A stretch of 49,710 nt of DNA from an uncultured Rickettsiales bacterium. GTDB lineage: Bacteria; Pseudomonadota; Alphaproteobacteria; Rickettsiales; UBA1997. The stretch spans positions 1 through 49,710 of the forward strand of contig CALXSB010000084.1 of assembly GCA_944391005.1 (NCBI GenBank), read 5' to 3'. Of this stretch, positions 8,117 through 17,963 are shown in pieces (position 1 is the stretch's first letter; the number at the start of each line of letters is the position of its first letter). Under the pieces are notes generated by a model. The model searched no databases. It saw only the letters and a list, made by a program, of their open reading frames with translations, and was not told the origin of the DNA. The position numbers and the translations under genes were made by a program.

Positions 8117-10312
8117 TTACATAAATTTAATTGTAAAGTTAAAATCAAGAGATGTATTTCTATCAGTTTGACTAAGAGGATTATAATTGGTATACCTCAA
8201 CTCCCATCTTGTGCAGCCGCCATCATAAATTAAAGCAATTTTGCTATCTATAAATCTATTGTCATTTTTTAGGTCAACTACACCGGATGCTACTATCGTC
8301 CATTTTTTTAAAAAAGTAAATTGAACTCCAGTATTTATTTGCTTCTGCTTTCTATCATATAATATATTTGGTTCCATGTCTGTATATCCAATGTAGAAAT
8401 TTATATTGTCTAAATCAAAATTTAAGCTTATTTCGTTCTTTTTTAATTTAAAATCATTTCTATCCGACAAAAATCTATAACCGATATTAAATACGTCATT
8501 TAACACTAGAGATGCATATCCAACATAATCTGATACATTTTCTTCAAAACCTATTATATATTTATTTATATTATCGTCTATATTATCTCTATAACCTTGT
8601 GCTATACCAAATGTAAAATTATTAAATAACATACCTTCAAAACCATACGAAATTCTATTTCCGTATTCTTCTCTATCATATCCTATAAATCTATTGCTTG
8701 AAAATATATTCTCAAAACTTAAAATTTGCGGTTTACTGTCTTCATTAGGTATTTTGTCTTCAAAACTTTCCGAATTAGGACTTCCTGAATATTTTAATAT
8801 TGGTTGAAAAGTAAAATATTTTGATGTAAAAGATTTTCTCCATTCTATATTTAATTCTGGAAGTATTCTACTCTCTGTTCCATTATAAATTTCATCTCTT
8901 TTCATGCCAACTTCGTTTAGTATATATACATCACTTCTTAAATTAATATTTGTATTTATTATACCAAACTTAGTCTTTAGTGTATTATTTATGGATGGAG
9001 TAAAAGTTATTCTATTGTATTCAATACCAACGGTTCTAAATAGGTTTGTAGTATTTAATTTTAATTTATAGAACAAATTATTTAAATCGTTTTTAAAAAG
9101 AGTATTTTGTATATTTAAATCTGTTACTGGTGCATATCTTGGAGCTTGTTGAACTGGATTTTCTTCTAGCAGTTCTTGATAAAATAGATTTGAAAATTCA
9201 AAATAGTCAAAATTCATTATATCATCCATATTAACTCTAGAAAATTTAAAGTTTGATTGAATGTAGGGAAGATTGTTTCTATAATAGTCTCTTAAATAAT
9301 ATCTATCACTAGCAATGGCAGCATTTGCTTCAAAAAGCCAAAGTTTATTAAATGAATAAAAACCCTCTATTGATGCATAACCCCTCCATTGTCTATAATC
9401 TCCACTATCTTCCTCTGAAATACCATAAGCATTTGTTAAACGTTTTGATTGCCCATTATCATTTGCTATATCGCCATTAAATTTAAATTTCCATTTATTT
9501 TTAGTTTTTGAATCTATACTGTATTTTACATTAGCCAAATAATTACCATCTTGATATATTTTAGGAGTTATAACTAATTTTTGTCTTTCGCCTTTTATTC
9601 TATATGGTATATATATACCATATCCATAGTGATTTGTATTTTCAACTCCAGGCGTGCCAAAACCACTTGCCTCTTTTTCAAATGCTAAGCCAGTTTTAAA
9701 ATATGGTATATAAAATATTGGTATTTTCCATACCCATACCGAAGTGCCCCATAGTCTTAAAACTTTTTCTTCTGTATTTGTGCTAATCTTTGTGCTTTTT
9801 AGTGAAAATAATGGTGTTTTTCGTTTTTCTAAATCTTTTACTAATTGTTCATAGGTTAAGTCTTCGTCAAAAATATCCGTAGGACATACGGCATAATTAC
9901 TTTTGCTTTGAGTTATAAAATCATCTCCTATTTTTTTAATATGATTGCTTGAAATTGTTGAACCATTTTTAAATACCATTATTCCATTATAAAAGTCTCC
10001 ATTTACAAAATCATCTGTAATTTCAGCTTCTTCGGCGAAAAAAATATTGTTATCTTTTTGATCATATGCTCTTACTGCAGAGTTCGCTTTTATAATTTTT
10101 GTATTTTGATTATATTCTACTTCATCGGCATTAAATATCTGATCACCCTTTTTCATTTCAACATCACCAATGGCCTTTATAATATTGTTTGAATCTTTAT
10201 CCATTTTATTTGATTGTATGACTGTCCGTTCGGTAGTTTGTTCTTGTGCAAATGAACTACTGAATATAAATAAAAATATAATAAAAAAAATATACCTTTT
10301 TTTCAATAACAT
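8117..10312 (-). CDS. lptD: LPS-assembly outer membrane protein LptD (OstA)
   Basis: Signal peptide, N-terminal OstA-like domain (IFNADEVEYNQNTKIIKANSAVRA), long beta-barrel-like C-terminal region ending in an aromatic residue; size 731 aa. Confidence 0.85.
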   Translation of the reverse strand: MLLKKRYIFFIIFLFIFSSSFAQEQTTERTVIQSNKMDKDSNNIIKAIGDVEMKKGDQIFNADEVEYNQNTKIIKANSAVRAYDQKDNNIFFAEEAEITDDFVNGDFYNGIMVFKNGSTISSNHIKKIGDDFITQSKSNYAVCPTDIFDEDLTYEQLVKDLEKRKTPLFSLKSTKISTNTEEKVLRLWGTSVWVWKIPIFYIPYFKTGLAFEKEASGFGTPGVENTNHYGYGIYIPYRIKGERQKLVITPKIYQDGNYLANVKYSIDSKTKNKWKFKFNGDIANDNGQSKRLTNAYGISEEDSGDYRQWRGYASIEGFYSFNKLWLFEANAAIASDRYYLRDYYRNNLPYIQSNFKFSRVNMDDIMNFDYFEFSNLFYQELLEENPVQQAPRYAPVTDLNIQNTLFKNDLNNLFYKLKLNTTNLFRTVGIEYNRITFTPSINNTLKTKFGIINTNINLRSDVYILNEVGMKRDEIYNGTESRILPELNIEWRKSFTSKYFTFQPILKYSGSPNSESFEDKIPNEDSKPQILSFENIFSSNRFIGYDREEYGNRISYGFEGMLFNNFTFGIAQGYRDNIDDNINKYIIGFEENVSDYVGYASLVLNDVFNIGYRFLSDRNDFKLKKNEISLNFDLDNINFYIGYTDMEPNILYDRKQKQINTGVQFTFLKKWTIVASGVVDLKNDNRFIDSKIALIYDGGCTRWELRYTNYNPLSQTDRNTSLDFNFTIKFM

Positions 10313-10521
10313 ATAAAATTTTTCACGATTAAAGAATATTATATTAATTATTAAAAAACAAGATTTTATATAAATATTTATTGGGTTATAATTGATTTTT
10401 AAATTGTAGGTCTTATTAATTTTATTTTATTGATAAATACAAAAAGTATTTACTTGCAAATAAACATTGAATTTTATAATATTTGATACATAATTAATAT
10501 GGGAATTTAAACATATAATAA

Positions 10522-11316
10522 ATGGAAGAGCCAAGTAATTATAATAATTTTGATGAAGAATATAAAGAATCCATAAACTATTCTGTTAAAGACAATAGTT
10601 ATTTCAAAGAAGGATTCAATTGGTATTGTGCTACCTTTTTAAGATCAATAGTTGACAGAACATTTTTTACTTTTATGTCAATTATGGGCATTATTATTGT
10701 TTATAATGTTATTAGCATTATTTTTATGATTTTGCCACTAGAAGAAAATGTTTTTATTCCAATTAGAGAGAAGGATTTAACAAAGTATCAAACCCATATA
10801 TATGATTTATCAAAAAATGAAGAAGCTATAACTACCGATGAAGATATATTAAGATATTTAATTATAAATTATGTAATTGAAAGGGAGAGCCATAATTATA
10901 AAACTGGCAATATAAATGATATAAATACAAAACTTGAAAAAATTAGAAACAATTCATCAGGTGATGTATATAATGAGTTTAATTTATTTATGAGTAGTGA
11001 AAATGTGAATGGTCCATTCTATTTTTTCGGTAAAAATGTTGAAACAAGTGTTCAAATTGATTCCTTCAAGTTTATAAGAATTCATAGAACAAGATTTATT
11101 GACAAAATAAAAGATTATTTTAATCTAAATTTATTACCAATACAGGCTGAAGTATATTATACATTAAAAACCCAAATTGGAAATAATATAACAACGCAAA
11201 AGCGTAAAGCGGTTGTATCATTTAAATTTAGAGGTGTAGAATATGATGAGTCAACACAAGAATACTCTCCTGTTCTATTCCAAATAACAAGTTATAAAAA
11301 TTATCAAATAAAATAG
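10522..11316 (+). CDS. virB8: Type IV secretion system protein VirB8-like
   Basis: Short cytoplasmic N-terminus, a single TM, then a periplasmic domain with LRYLIINYVIERESHNY and a C-terminal LFQITSYKNY (compare the NPLGFxVxxY end of VirB8). It lies 6 nt upstream of virB9. Confidence 0.7.
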   Translation: MEEPSNYNNFDEEYKESINYSVKDNSYFKEGFNWYCATFLRSIVDRTFFTFMSIMGIIIVYNVISIIFMILPLEENVFIPIREKDLTKYQTHIYDLSKNEEAITTDEDILRYLIINYVIERESHNYKTGNINDINTKLEKIRNNSSGDVYNEFNLFMSSENVNGPFYFFGKNVETSVQIDSFKFIRIHRTRFIDKIKDYFNLNLLPIQAEVYYTLKTQIGNNITTQKRKAVVSFKFRGVEYDESTQEYSPVLFQITSYKNYQIK

Positions 11317-11322
11317 AAAAAT

Positions 11323-12069
11323 ATGAAGAAAATATTATTTACAATAGCTTTATTTTTTTTAACAATTGGTCAAGTATTTGCTGTCCAAGTTCCTAGATCT
11401 TTAGGAAGAGAAAAAAGATTTAAAACTTATGTTTATAATCCAAATGATGTATATAGATATGTTGGCTACTATCTAAATCAAGCATACATAGAGTTTGAAG
11501 AGGGGGAAACATTACAAACTATTTCAATGGGTGATCCAACACCATGGCTAACTTCTGTTTTAGGCAATAAATTGTTTTTAAAACCAGTTGGATCTTATCC
11601 ACAGACAACTATGACGATTTTTTCAAATAAAAGGACTTATTATTTTGAACTAGACGCAATGGAACCGGATAATGTAAATCCCGACGATATTCCATTCTTT
11701 ATAAAATTTGTTTATCCTTCTAGCGATGATAAAAATATAGTAAAATTTAATGTGACAACACGAAGAGATGATTATCCGGATCTAACAGATTTAAGTAAAT
11801 ATAATTTCAACTATGAATTTGCTGGCACCCCTTCAATTGCACCTATAAAGGTTTTTGATGATGGCGTATTTACATATATGGAATTTAAGACCGATAATGC
11901 TGAAATACCAGCAATATTTGCAGTAAATGATCAGGGTTATGAAACTCTTGTAAACTTTAGGGTTGTTGATGAATATATAGTAATAGAGCAAGTTGCGGGA
12001 CAATTCACACTAAGAAGCGGTGGTGATATTGTTTGTGTTTATAACAATTCGCTATATAAATTTAATTAA
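11323..12069 (+). CDS. virB9: Type IV secretion system protein VirB9 (full length, N- and C-terminal domains)
   Basis: Signal peptide. N-domain VYNPNDVYRYVGYYLNQAYIEFEEGE...MGDPTPW. C-domain IPAIFAVNDQGYETLVNFRVVDEYIVIEQVAGQFTLRSGGDIVCVYN. Confidence 0.85.
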   Translation: MKKILFTIALFFLTIGQVFAVQVPRSLGREKRFKTYVYNPNDVYRYVGYYLNQAYIEFEEGETLQTISMGDPTPWLTSVLGNKLFLKPVGSYPQTTMTIFSNKRTYYFELDAMEPDNVNPDDIPFFIKFVYPSSDDKNIVKFNVTTRRDDYPDLTDLSKYNFNYEFAGTPSIAPIKVFDDGVFTYMEFKTDNAEIPAIFAVNDQGYETLVNFRVVDEYIVIEQVAGQFTLRSGGDIVCVYNNSLYKFN

Positions 12070-12080
12070 AATAATAATAA

Positions 12081-12108
12081 AATATGGTATTAAATAATAC
12101 CATATTTT
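12081..12108. terminator. Bidirectional rho-independent terminator after virB9
   Basis: AATATGGTATT-aaat-AATACCATATT, an 11 bp stem, flanked by an A-run and a T-run. Confidence 0.7.
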
Positions 12109-12121
12109 AAAATTAACTAAC

Positions 12122-12667
12122 TTATTTTATATTTATTATTCTCGTATCAGATAGGTAATCCTGAAGAAAACAATGATCTTTTGTAAAAAAATATAATAAA
12201 TACCCGAGACCAAATATATTATTATTTAATAAAAATAATATATATCTAATAAAAGCTACTAATGGTGAAATCCTTCCAGTTGGGTTTTTTATATTAACAA
12301 CCATTATTTTAAATATTTGATTTCCAATAGTTGCTTGTTTTTTTGAAGATAGAAAAATTGTAAAATATGCAGCTGAAATTACTAAAGCTGCAATTCTAGT
12401 TCTTGAAAATGCTTCTGGATCTAATTTTTCAACATATTCTAACTCTTCATTCTGTGTGCCTTCATTATTTGTTATAATCTCTTGTTTGTATATTTCGCTG
12501 TCAAACCCATAATGACCGGCAATATTAACAAATATATTAAAAATTATTAAAATAATAAACATATCTATAGCACCGCTTCCAATTCTTCTTATTGGACTAG
12601 CATAAATACTATTTTTATCAAAACTTAAATTGAGATGTTTTTTAAAAAAATTGGTAAATTTATTCAT
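12122..12667 (-). CDS. RDD family membrane protein
   Basis: PIRRIGSGAIDMFIILII at the N-terminus, three TM segments, and ATIGNQIFKIMVVN, typical of the RDD domain. Confidence 0.55.
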   Translation of the reverse strand: MNKFTNFFKKHLNLSFDKNSIYASPIRRIGSGAIDMFIILIIFNIFVNIAGHYGFDSEIYKQEIITNNEGTQNEELEYVEKLDPEAFSRTRIAALVISAAYFTIFLSSKKQATIGNQIFKIMVVNIKNPTGRISPLVAFIRYILFLLNNNIFGLGYLLYFFTKDHCFLQDYLSDTRIINIK

Positions 12668-12710
12668 ATTATAAAAATTATTCTTATATTTTTAGATTAT
12701 ATTTTAATTA

Positions 12711-14417
12711 TTAAATATCAATATTTTTATAACTTTCCAATTTTTCCATAAGTTCATCAACTTCTTTTTGCATTATTCCATAGCCTTTATAGTCTTGCTG
12801 TTCAAGCAATTTTTCCATTTCAATTTCCTTGTCTATTATAAGATTTTCAAGTTTTTCTTTTTCTTTTTTATAATTTCTTTTAGGTTGTTCTGGCTTTTTA
12901 ACAGCTTTCTTTTCTTTTTTCTCTTTTTCTTCACTCTTCCAACCAATTTTTTCAAGAAAATCTTTATAATTTCCGTCAAAGAAAATCACTTTGCCGTCAT
13001 CAAAAACTATAAGTTTATTCGCAATGTTGTTTAAGAAATATTCATTATGGCTTACAATTATTGATGCTCCCTCAAAATCAAGCAGTGCATCCGCCAATGA
13101 CTCACAGCTTTCCATATCAAGATGGTTTGTTGGTTCATCTAGGATCAATAGATTGCAGGTTTTTAGCAGTATTTTTCCCAAAAGAACTCTGCTTTTTTCA
13201 CCACCACTTAAAACTGATATTTTTTTCTGTGCCAAATCCCCAGAAAACATCATAATGCCAGCAACCCTCATAATGTTTGCCTTAGGTATCAGTTTGTCAA
13301 CCGACTGCAGCTCTTGTTCTATTGTATTGTCAGGATTTAAATCAATAATGTTTGTTTGACCAAAATAGCCGATTTCAGTCTTTTGATTAATTTTTATATT
13401 TCCATGCATTGGTTTTAGAATGCCGTCAATTAATTTTAGAAGAGTTGATTTTCCTTTTCCATTTTTACCAATTACGCATATTTTATCACCTTTTTCAACC
13501 TTAAAACTAAAATTATTGATCAAGATATCATTTTGATTATAGCCAAATGTTAAATTCTCAACTTCAATCATTTTTGAATTTCCTATAAATTCTTTATACT
13601 TAAATTCAAACTCAAGATCTTGAATGCTTGATAACTTTTCCTTTATTTCTTGTTTTTCAAGCATTTTAACTCTAGATTGAACTTGTTTTGCTTTTGTAGC
13701 TTTATACCTAAATCTATCTATAAATCTCTGAACATGCTCTCTTTTTCTTTCATCGTTAATTCTTGTTTTTTCATAGGTTTCTTCATCCACTGCAATTTTT
13801 TCATACATATCTTGAGTATTACCAGTAATCATAATGCTGCTTCCTCTATGAAGAATTATAGTGTGGTCTATAATATCATCCATAAATCCTCTGTCATGGG
13901 TGATTAAAATCAATGCGCCATTATAATTTTTTAAAAATTTTTTCAACCACCTTATAGATAAAATATCAAGATAGTTCGTTGGTTCATCAAGCAGCAAAAT
14001 ATCAGGTTCCGAAATCAATAATTTTGCAAGGTTTAGTCTTATTTGCCATCCGCCAGAAAACTCAGCGGGACTTTTTAATTTATCTTCCTCGCTAAATCCT
14101 AATTCTGATAATATTTTTTCGGCATCCCAAAATGCATCTTTTTTATAATCGGGCAAAGCTTTGCAAGCCTCATCAATTACAGTCTCCTCTGTAAAATTAA
14201 GGTGTTGTTCTAAATAGCCAATTTTATAATTTTTTGGTATAACAACTTCCCCTTCGTATTCTGTTATTTTCCCAGATAAGATTTTGAATAAAGTAGATTT
14301 TCCGCTTCCATTTCTACCAATTAAGCCGACTTTTTCTTTATCATTAACTATAAAGTTAACATTGTTAAATACATTTTGTCCACCAAAAGATATAGATAAA
14401 TTTTGAACTTTTAACAT
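12711..14417 (-). CDS. ABC-F family ATPase (Uup/YheS/EttA-like translation factor type, no TM domain)
   Basis: Two ABC cassettes (GRNGSGKST and GKNGKGKST Walker A; LSGGWQ and LSGGEK signatures; LLLDEPTN and LILDEPTN Walker B). K/E-rich coiled-coil C-terminus. Confidence 0.9.
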   Translation of the reverse strand: MLKVQNLSISFGGQNVFNNVNFIVNDKEKVGLIGRNGSGKSTLFKILSGKITEYEGEVVIPKNYKIGYLEQHLNFTEETVIDEACKALPDYKKDAFWDAEKILSELGFSEEDKLKSPAEFSGGWQIRLNLAKLLISEPDILLLDEPTNYLDILSIRWLKKFLKNYNGALILITHDRGFMDDIIDHTIILHRGSSIMITGNTQDMYEKIAVDEETYEKTRINDERKREHVQRFIDRFRYKATKAKQVQSRVKMLEKQEIKEKLSSIQDLEFEFKYKEFIGNSKMIEVENLTFGYNQNDILINNFSFKVEKGDKICVIGKNGKGKSTLLKLIDGILKPMHGNIKINQKTEIGYFGQTNIIDLNPDNTIEQELQSVDKLIPKANIMRVAGIMMFSGDLAQKKISVLSGGEKSRVLLGKILLKTCNLLILDEPTNHLDMESCESLADALLDFEGASIIVSHNEYFLNNIANKLIVFDDGKVIFFDGNYKDFLEKIGWKSEEKEKKEKKAVKKPEQPKRNYKKEKEKLENLIIDKEIEMEKLLEQQDYKGYGIMQKEVDELMEKLESYKNIDI

Positions 14418-14639
14418 AATTTTTCCTAACTATTAATTAAATTGAATATTTGTTTTTTAGAATAAATATATAGTGAATATATCAAAAATATATTCTCGTA
14501 TGGACAACTATTCCTGAATTTTTTAATAAGCTCATAATGTATTTAACAAATTGAAATATTAATATACTAATTTCACACTAATAATACAAAATCATCTTAA
14601 AAAAGTCAATTAGTTTTATAAAAAGTAATAAATATACAA

Positions 14640-14667
14640 TTGACAAAATAAATTATGGTATTATATT
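14640..14667 (+). promoter_or_regulatory. Candidate sigma70-type promoter for mlaF
   Basis: TTGACA (14640-14645), 16 nt spacer, TATATT (14662-14667). Confidence 0.4.
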
Positions 14668-14700
14668 TATATAGATGAATAAAAATGTGTGATTTATAAT

Positions 14701-15462
14701 ATGGCAATACCAAAAATTAAAGTTGAGAATCTATATAAATCTTTTGATTCAAAAGAAGTATTAAAAGGTGTTAATTTAGAAATAGATAATAAGGAATCCC
14801 TTGTTATATTGGGCGGTTCTGGATCTGGCAAATCTGTATTAATTAAAAGCATTACAACTTTAATGGATGTAGATAGCGGAAAAGTATTAATTGACGGTAA
14901 AGATATATTAAAATTAAAAGATTCTGAAAAGAATGATATAATGGATAAATTTGGATTTTTATTTCAAGGCGGTGCTTTATTTGATTCTATGACTGTATGG
15001 GAAAATGTTGCGTTTAGATTAATAAATTCAGAAAATATACATAAAGACGATGCAAAGGCTATTGCAATAGATAAACTAAAAATTGTTGGTTTAGGCGAAA
15101 GTGTTGCAGATTTATATCCGGTTGAGTTATCTGGAGGCATGCAAAAGAGAGTATCATTAGCAAGAGCTATATGTGCTGATCCAGAAATTATATTTTTTGA
15201 CGAGCCAACGACTGGATTGGATCCAATAATGTCTGATGTTATAAATAATCTTATTATAAAATCGTCAAAAAGTGTTGGAGCAACTACAATAACTATAACT
15301 CATGATATTAATTCAGCCAGAAAAATCGCAGATAAAATCGCCTTGCTATATCAAGGTAAAATAATATGGACAGGAACCGTTAGAGAAATGGATGATACTG
15401 ACAATCCTTATGTAAACCAATTCATTCATGGCAGAGCAGAGGGACCTATAAAGTTTATGTAA
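14701..15462 (+). CDS. mlaF: Phospholipid (Mla/Ttg2-type) ABC transporter ATP-binding protein
   Basis: Walker A GGSGSGKS, signature LSGGMQKR, Walker B IIFFDEPTTGLD, and the MlaF-typical C-terminus NPYVNQFIHGRAEGPI. ATG at 14701 is preferred over the GTG at 14689. Confidence 0.85.
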   Translation: MAIPKIKVENLYKSFDSKEVLKGVNLEIDNKESLVILGGSGSGKSVLIKSITTLMDVDSGKVLIDGKDILKLKDSEKNDIMDKFGFLFQGGALFDSMTVWENVAFRLINSENIHKDDAKAIAIDKLKIVGLGESVADLYPVELSGGMQKRVSLARAICADPEIIFFDEPTTGLDPIMSDVINNLIIKSSKSVGATTITITHDINSARKIADKIALLYQGKIIWTGTVREMDDTDNPYVNQFIHGRAEGPIKFM

Positions 15463-15495
15463 AATTTTAATATTTTTTATTAAAATATATTGTTT

Positions 15496-15522
15496 ATTGG
15501 GTCTTTATTATAAGGACCCAAT
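15496..15522. terminator. Hairpin between convergent mlaF and asd
   Basis: ATTGGGTCTTT-attat-AAGGACCCAAT, an 11 bp stem with one G-U pair. No clear T-run. Confidence 0.4.
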
Positions 15523-15527
15523 AATTG

Positions 15528-16544
15528 TTAAAAATTATAATCTTTAACTAGTAATTCAGCTATTTGAACAGCGTTTAGTGCTGCACCTTTTCTGATATTA
15601 TCAGAAACAATCCACATATTTAAACCATATTTTACAGATGGATCTTTTCTAATTCTTGAAACATATACTTCATCCTGTCCTGCACATTCTCTAGGCACTG
15701 CGTATATATAATCTTCTGGTTTATCTAATACTAATACGCCATCAGCATCGGATAATGCGTCTCTGGCTTCTTCAACGGTAATTTGAGATTCAAACTCAAC
15801 ATTTACAGCTTCTGAGTGGCAAGCAAAGACGGGAACTCTGACGCATGTAGCAGATACCTCAATATCTTTATCTAATATTTTTTTTGTTTCTTGAACCATT
15901 TTCCACTCTTCTTTATAACTTCCGTCCTCCATTGGTATATCAATCTGTGGTATGACATTGAATGGAATAGGCTTTTTGAAATTTACAGGTTTTAAAAATT
16001 CGTTTTCATAAATTTTTTTTGTATGATTAAATAGTTCATCCATTGCATCTTTGCCAGCTCCAGATACTGCCTGATATGTTGAAACTACAACTCTTTTTAT
16101 TTTTGCTATATCCATTAATGGTTTTAAAGCTACAACCATTTGAATTGTGGAACAATTAGGGTTTGCTATTATATTTTTATTTTTATATTTTGATATTTCT
16201 TGCGGATTTACTTCTGGGACAACTAACGGTATATCTTTATCCATTCTCCAAAATGAACTATTGTCAATTACAACGCATCCGGCATCCGCAGCCTTTTTGC
16301 CATAAACTTCAGAAACACCGGCACCGGCAGAAAATAGAGCTATATCTGTGCCTGTAAAATCATATTTAGTTAAGTTTTGAACAATTAATCTTTTTTCAAA
16401 ACCATAGCTTACCTCTTTGCCTTCAGAATTTTCCGAAGCTAAAGCTACAACTTCATCTGTTGGAAATTTCCTTTCTGCCAATATTGATAGCATCTCTCTG
16501 CCAACATTTCCTGTAGCTCCAACAACCGCTATTTTTTTTACCAT
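15528..16544 (-). CDS. asd: Aspartate-semialdehyde dehydrogenase
   Basis: VVGATGNVGREML N-terminus, active-site NPNCSTIQ, STYQAVSGAG, VRVPVFACHSEAV. Confidence 0.92.
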   Translation of the reverse strand: MVKKIAVVGATGNVGREMLSILAERKFPTDEVVALASENSEGKEVSYGFEKRLIVQNLTKYDFTGTDIALFSAGAGVSEVYGKKAADAGCVVIDNSSFWRMDKDIPLVVPEVNPQEISKYKNKNIIANPNCSTIQMVVALKPLMDIAKIKRVVVSTYQAVSGAGKDAMDELFNHTKKIYENEFLKPVNFKKPIPFNVIPQIDIPMEDGSYKEEWKMVQETKKILDKDIEVSATCVRVPVFACHSEAVNVEFESQITVEEARDALSDADGVLVLDKPEDYIYAVPRECAGQDEVYVSRIRKDPSVKYGLNMWIVSDNIRKGAALNAVQIAELLVKDYNF

Positions 16545-16570
16545 TTTAAAACTCCTTTTGTTTTTATAAA

Positions 16571-17248
16571 TTATTTACTATTATTTGCTATACTGAGTAT
16601 TTTAATTCTATATATAATATTCATGTTGTCAACCATATCATCAAATTTCTTGTCCATACCTTGGGTTTTTTTCATTCTATCCATATTACTTTTAATAAGT
16701 TTATTTTTAAAAAAATCTTTTGCATTAATAAGAACAACGTCGCCAACTCTCTTATTAATAAGATTTTCTGTAAATGGATTTACTTTGTTTAACTGAAAAG
16801 TAAATTCGATCGGTCTATTATTAACAGTAAAATATTCTCCGTTTGTTGTTAACATTTTTATATTAACTGTATCGTTAAGTTTTAATATCTGTCCATTTTT
16901 ATTTGTTTGTGGCATAAATTCTAATTGTAATTTTTTAAGACGTCTTTCTCTTGCAGCTTCTTGCTGTTCTCTAATTTTCATATTTTTAATAGCTTCTTTT
17001 GTTTTTTTATTTTCTTCTTGCTTTTGATTCAATTTTAAATAAAATGTATTCTGTGCTTGCTTAATTGCATTAATTTTTTGCGGAATTTCTTCTGAAGTAT
17101 TTTTATTCTTAATAGAATTTATACCACCTCTAATATTAGTGTATTTATAAAATACAAATGTTAAAAAAATTAAAAATAAAAAAATTTTAAAAATTTTATT
17201 AGAATAAAGTTTATCTAAAAAATTTTTTAGTCTTGTTATAATGTCCAT
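16571..17248 (-). CDS. Membrane-anchored coiled-coil protein of unknown function (C-terminal part faintly FKBP-like)
   Basis: One N-terminal TM, a K/E/Q-rich helix, and a C-terminal LKLNDTVNIKMLTTNGEYF...RVGDVVLI pattern. Packed 3 nt downstream of the pilin-like gene. Confidence 0.4.
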   Translation of the reverse strand: MDIITRLKNFLDKLYSNKIFKIFLFLIFLTFVFYKYTNIRGGINSIKNKNTSEEIPQKINAIKQAQNTFYLKLNQKQEENKKTKEAIKNMKIREQQEAARERRLKKLQLEFMPQTNKNGQILKLNDTVNIKMLTTNGEYFTVNNRPIEFTFQLNKVNPFTENLINKRVGDVVLINAKDFFKNKLIKSNMDRMKKTQGMDKKFDDMVDNMNIIYRIKILSIANNSK

Positions 17249-17251
17249 AAA

Positions 17252-17962
17252 TTACCTCATATATTTATCATATAAATAATTTTCAATATTTGTTATCCTC
17301 TTATCACTAAGAAGTTTGTCAAATATTATAATTTCAATTATTTCCCCCTTAAAATTCGTGCTTCCAATATCTATTGATGATGGACTTGTTGTTATTCCAG
17401 AAGTCGTTGTCTGTATAAAATCAACTTTATTACTTTTTTTAATATATCTTTCTGTTCCATTATATTTTATAACAATTATTCCAATGTTTGACATATCTGA
17501 AGAAGATATTGAAAATGGTCCATTAAAAATTCTATAACCAGAATTGTATGGCTTTGCGACAATAAAAGCTGTATATTTATCTAAATTAAAAGTTTTGTTG
17601 GATCTCATAACGTTTGATCCGTTGAAATAAACAGCTTTAGCACCATTGAAACTTTTACTATTTATTAAAGTTGGTTCGTTTGAAATTGGTTCAAAAGCTA
17701 TTTCGTTTTTGCTTATATCAAGCCATCTATCAATTTTAGCATTTTCTTCTAAATCTTCACCCATATTTGAAGTTTCAAGCCATAATACAAGATTATCATC
17801 ATTGCTAAATTCTGCTTGCGATGATAAATTTATGGCATTTGCAAGCCTTGCAGCATTTATCATTTTTGATGCAATTATTACAAAACCGAAAAAAACAGAG
17901 GCTGCAACGATTACCATCGTTAATTCTATCATCGTAAAGCCATAGTTTTTTTCTATTCTCAT
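17252..17962 (-). CDS. Prepilin-type N-terminal cleavage/methylation domain protein with a LamG-like C-terminal domain
   Basis: Class III signal: KNYG/FTMIELTMVIVAAS, with Glu at +5. The C-terminus GEIIEIIIFDKLLSDKRITNIENYLYDKY resembles the end of LamG/concanavalin-like domains. Confidence 0.7.
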   Translation of the reverse strand: MRIEKNYGFTMIELTMVIVAASVFFGFVIIASKMINAARLANAINLSSQAEFSNDDNLVLWLETSNMGEDLEENAKIDRWLDISKNEIAFEPISNEPTLINSKSFNGAKAVYFNGSNVMRSNKTFNLDKYTAFIVAKPYNSGYRIFNGPFSISSSDMSNIGIIVIKYNGTERYIKKSNKVDFIQTTTSGITTSPSSIDIGSTNFKGEIIEIIIFDKLLSDKRITNIENYLYDKYMR

Positions 17963-17963
17963 A

